64,000 nucleotides of DNA from Callorhinchus milii (lineage: Eukaryota), in contig NW_024704742.1 in NCBI RefSeq assembly GCF_018977255.1, forward strand, positions 51,834,001-51,898,000, written 5' to 3'. Numbering within the stretch: position 1 is the stretch's first letter; every line of letters starts with the position of its first letter. This document shows positions 62,838 to 64,000 of this stretch, in pieces. Below the pieces are notes generated by a model. The model was not told the origin of the DNA. It made no database searches and saw only the letters and a list, made by a program, of their open reading frames with translations. The position numbers were made by a program, and so were the translations under genes.

Positions 62838-63900
62838 AACAAGAAGAACAAAATTACATTTGTAAAGGGTCTTTCACATCAGGAGGACGTCCCAAGACAC
62901 TGAACAATCGAGGATCAGGACCTGAGCGTGGGGCGGCAGGGTTGGGATGAGGGAGGGCAGAGTTAGGAGGGCGGCTGAAGGTACGGTCGAAATGAAGGGT
63001 CTTGAGTCGTGCCTTGAAGGAGTCAAGAGAGGGAGCAAGGCAAAGGGATTGTGGGATGGAGTTCCAAAGGGTGGGAGCAGAGAGGCTAAAAGCCTGGCCG
63101 CTGATGGTAGGGCAGGTCGGGCAGAAGACAAAGAGCAGACCGGAGCCTGCTGAACTGAGGAAGTGGACAGGTTGATGGGGGTCAGCAGGTCAGAGAGGTA
63201 GGAGGGGACAAGGCCGTGGAGGACCTTGAAAGTAAGGATGAGGATTTTGAATTCTACCCTCTGAGGGATGGAGAGCCAGTGGAGCCAGGCGAGGGTGATG
63301 GGGGCCACGAAGCCTGGTGCGGGAGAGAACACTAGCTGCAGAGTTCTGGATGATCTGCAGCTTGTGGAGGGAAGTATTGGGAAGGCCAACAAGGAGGGAG
63401 TTTGCGTAGTGAGCCTTGAGGTGACAAATGTGTGTATGAGGGTTTGGGTGGCCTAAGGGGTGAGGAAGAGGCGGAGTCTGGCAATGTTGTGGATGTGGGG
63501 GAAGGCAGAGCGTGTCATGGCACGGATATGGGGGAGAAAGTACAGTTGAGGGTTGAGGCTTGCTCTCTCCCTTGACTCCTTCAAGGTACGACTGGCTTGG
63601 TGAGGTGAAGTGTGCATCTATGGATGCTGCTGCTGCCAGTGCCTGAGATGCGGAGGCACTGGCGCGAACCAATCAGGAGGCCTTCAGTCTTACTGACATT
63701 CAGCTGCAGAAAGTTGGCTCTTATCCAGGACTTGATGTCTGACAGACATTCTGTCAGGACGTCAGCTGTCATGGAATCGAGGATGGAGGCAGAGAGTTGG
63801 GTGTCATCCACATACATGTGGAAATTCACCCCATGTCTGCGGATGTTGTTACCAAAGGGGAGCATGTAGAGGTTGAAGAGGAGGGAACCGAGGACAAAAA
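62838..63900 (-). mobile_element. L2 LINE RT C-terminus and tail (type A)
   Basis: [13 protein letters not shown]...[10 protein letters not shown]...[10 protein letters not shown] and LHKLQIIQNSAA, then the tail. Confidence 0.92.
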
Positions 63901-64000
63901 AGGGATCTGGAAGTCTAGGAAGGGATTTGAGTTGAAGTGCAGCTACTGAAACCATGAACAGATATTGATATGCAAATTTGCAGTATAAATGCAGGATGCG

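Noticed and set aside
1..64000. CRISPR arrays, operons or prokaryotic defence systems
   Set aside because: This is spliced vertebrate DNA with no regularly spaced repeat-spacer array. The RT motifs all belong to L2 and CR1 LINEs.

Overview
Eukaryotic (vertebrate) genomic DNA, most likely a cartilaginous fish. This is inferred from the repeat content (shark-type Deu-domain SINEs, CR1 and L2 LINEs, a Penelope-type palindrome), not from a search. The window lies inside one minus-strand gene, SCFD2 (Sec1 family domain-containing 2). Three internal coding exons are present: 53363-53490 (128 nt), 51017-51192 (176 nt) and 5640-5889 (250 nt). All have canonical AG/GT ends and compatible phases, and they flank introns of about 2.2 kb and about 45 kb. 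The rest is intronic: many decayed L2 and CR1 LINEs, a young tRNA-derived SINE with (ATT)n tails, older DeuSINEs, and several nested insertions. Almost all ORFs in the supplied track are repeat fragments or noise. I found no convincing new protein-coding system. The most interesting items are: (1) an unclassified ~500-570 nt A-tailed retroposon family with at least 8 copies, a shared hairpin at its 5' boundary and no tRNA head; (2) a 28S rRNA fragment inserted antisense into a SINE head; (3) a SINE series that appears to have changed its 3' tail to match one L2 subfamily; (4) a TSD-flanked Penelope-like palindrome with a hammerhead-like remnant. Repeat boundaries were read by eye and are approximate. 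Repeat family names come from memory of consensus sequences.
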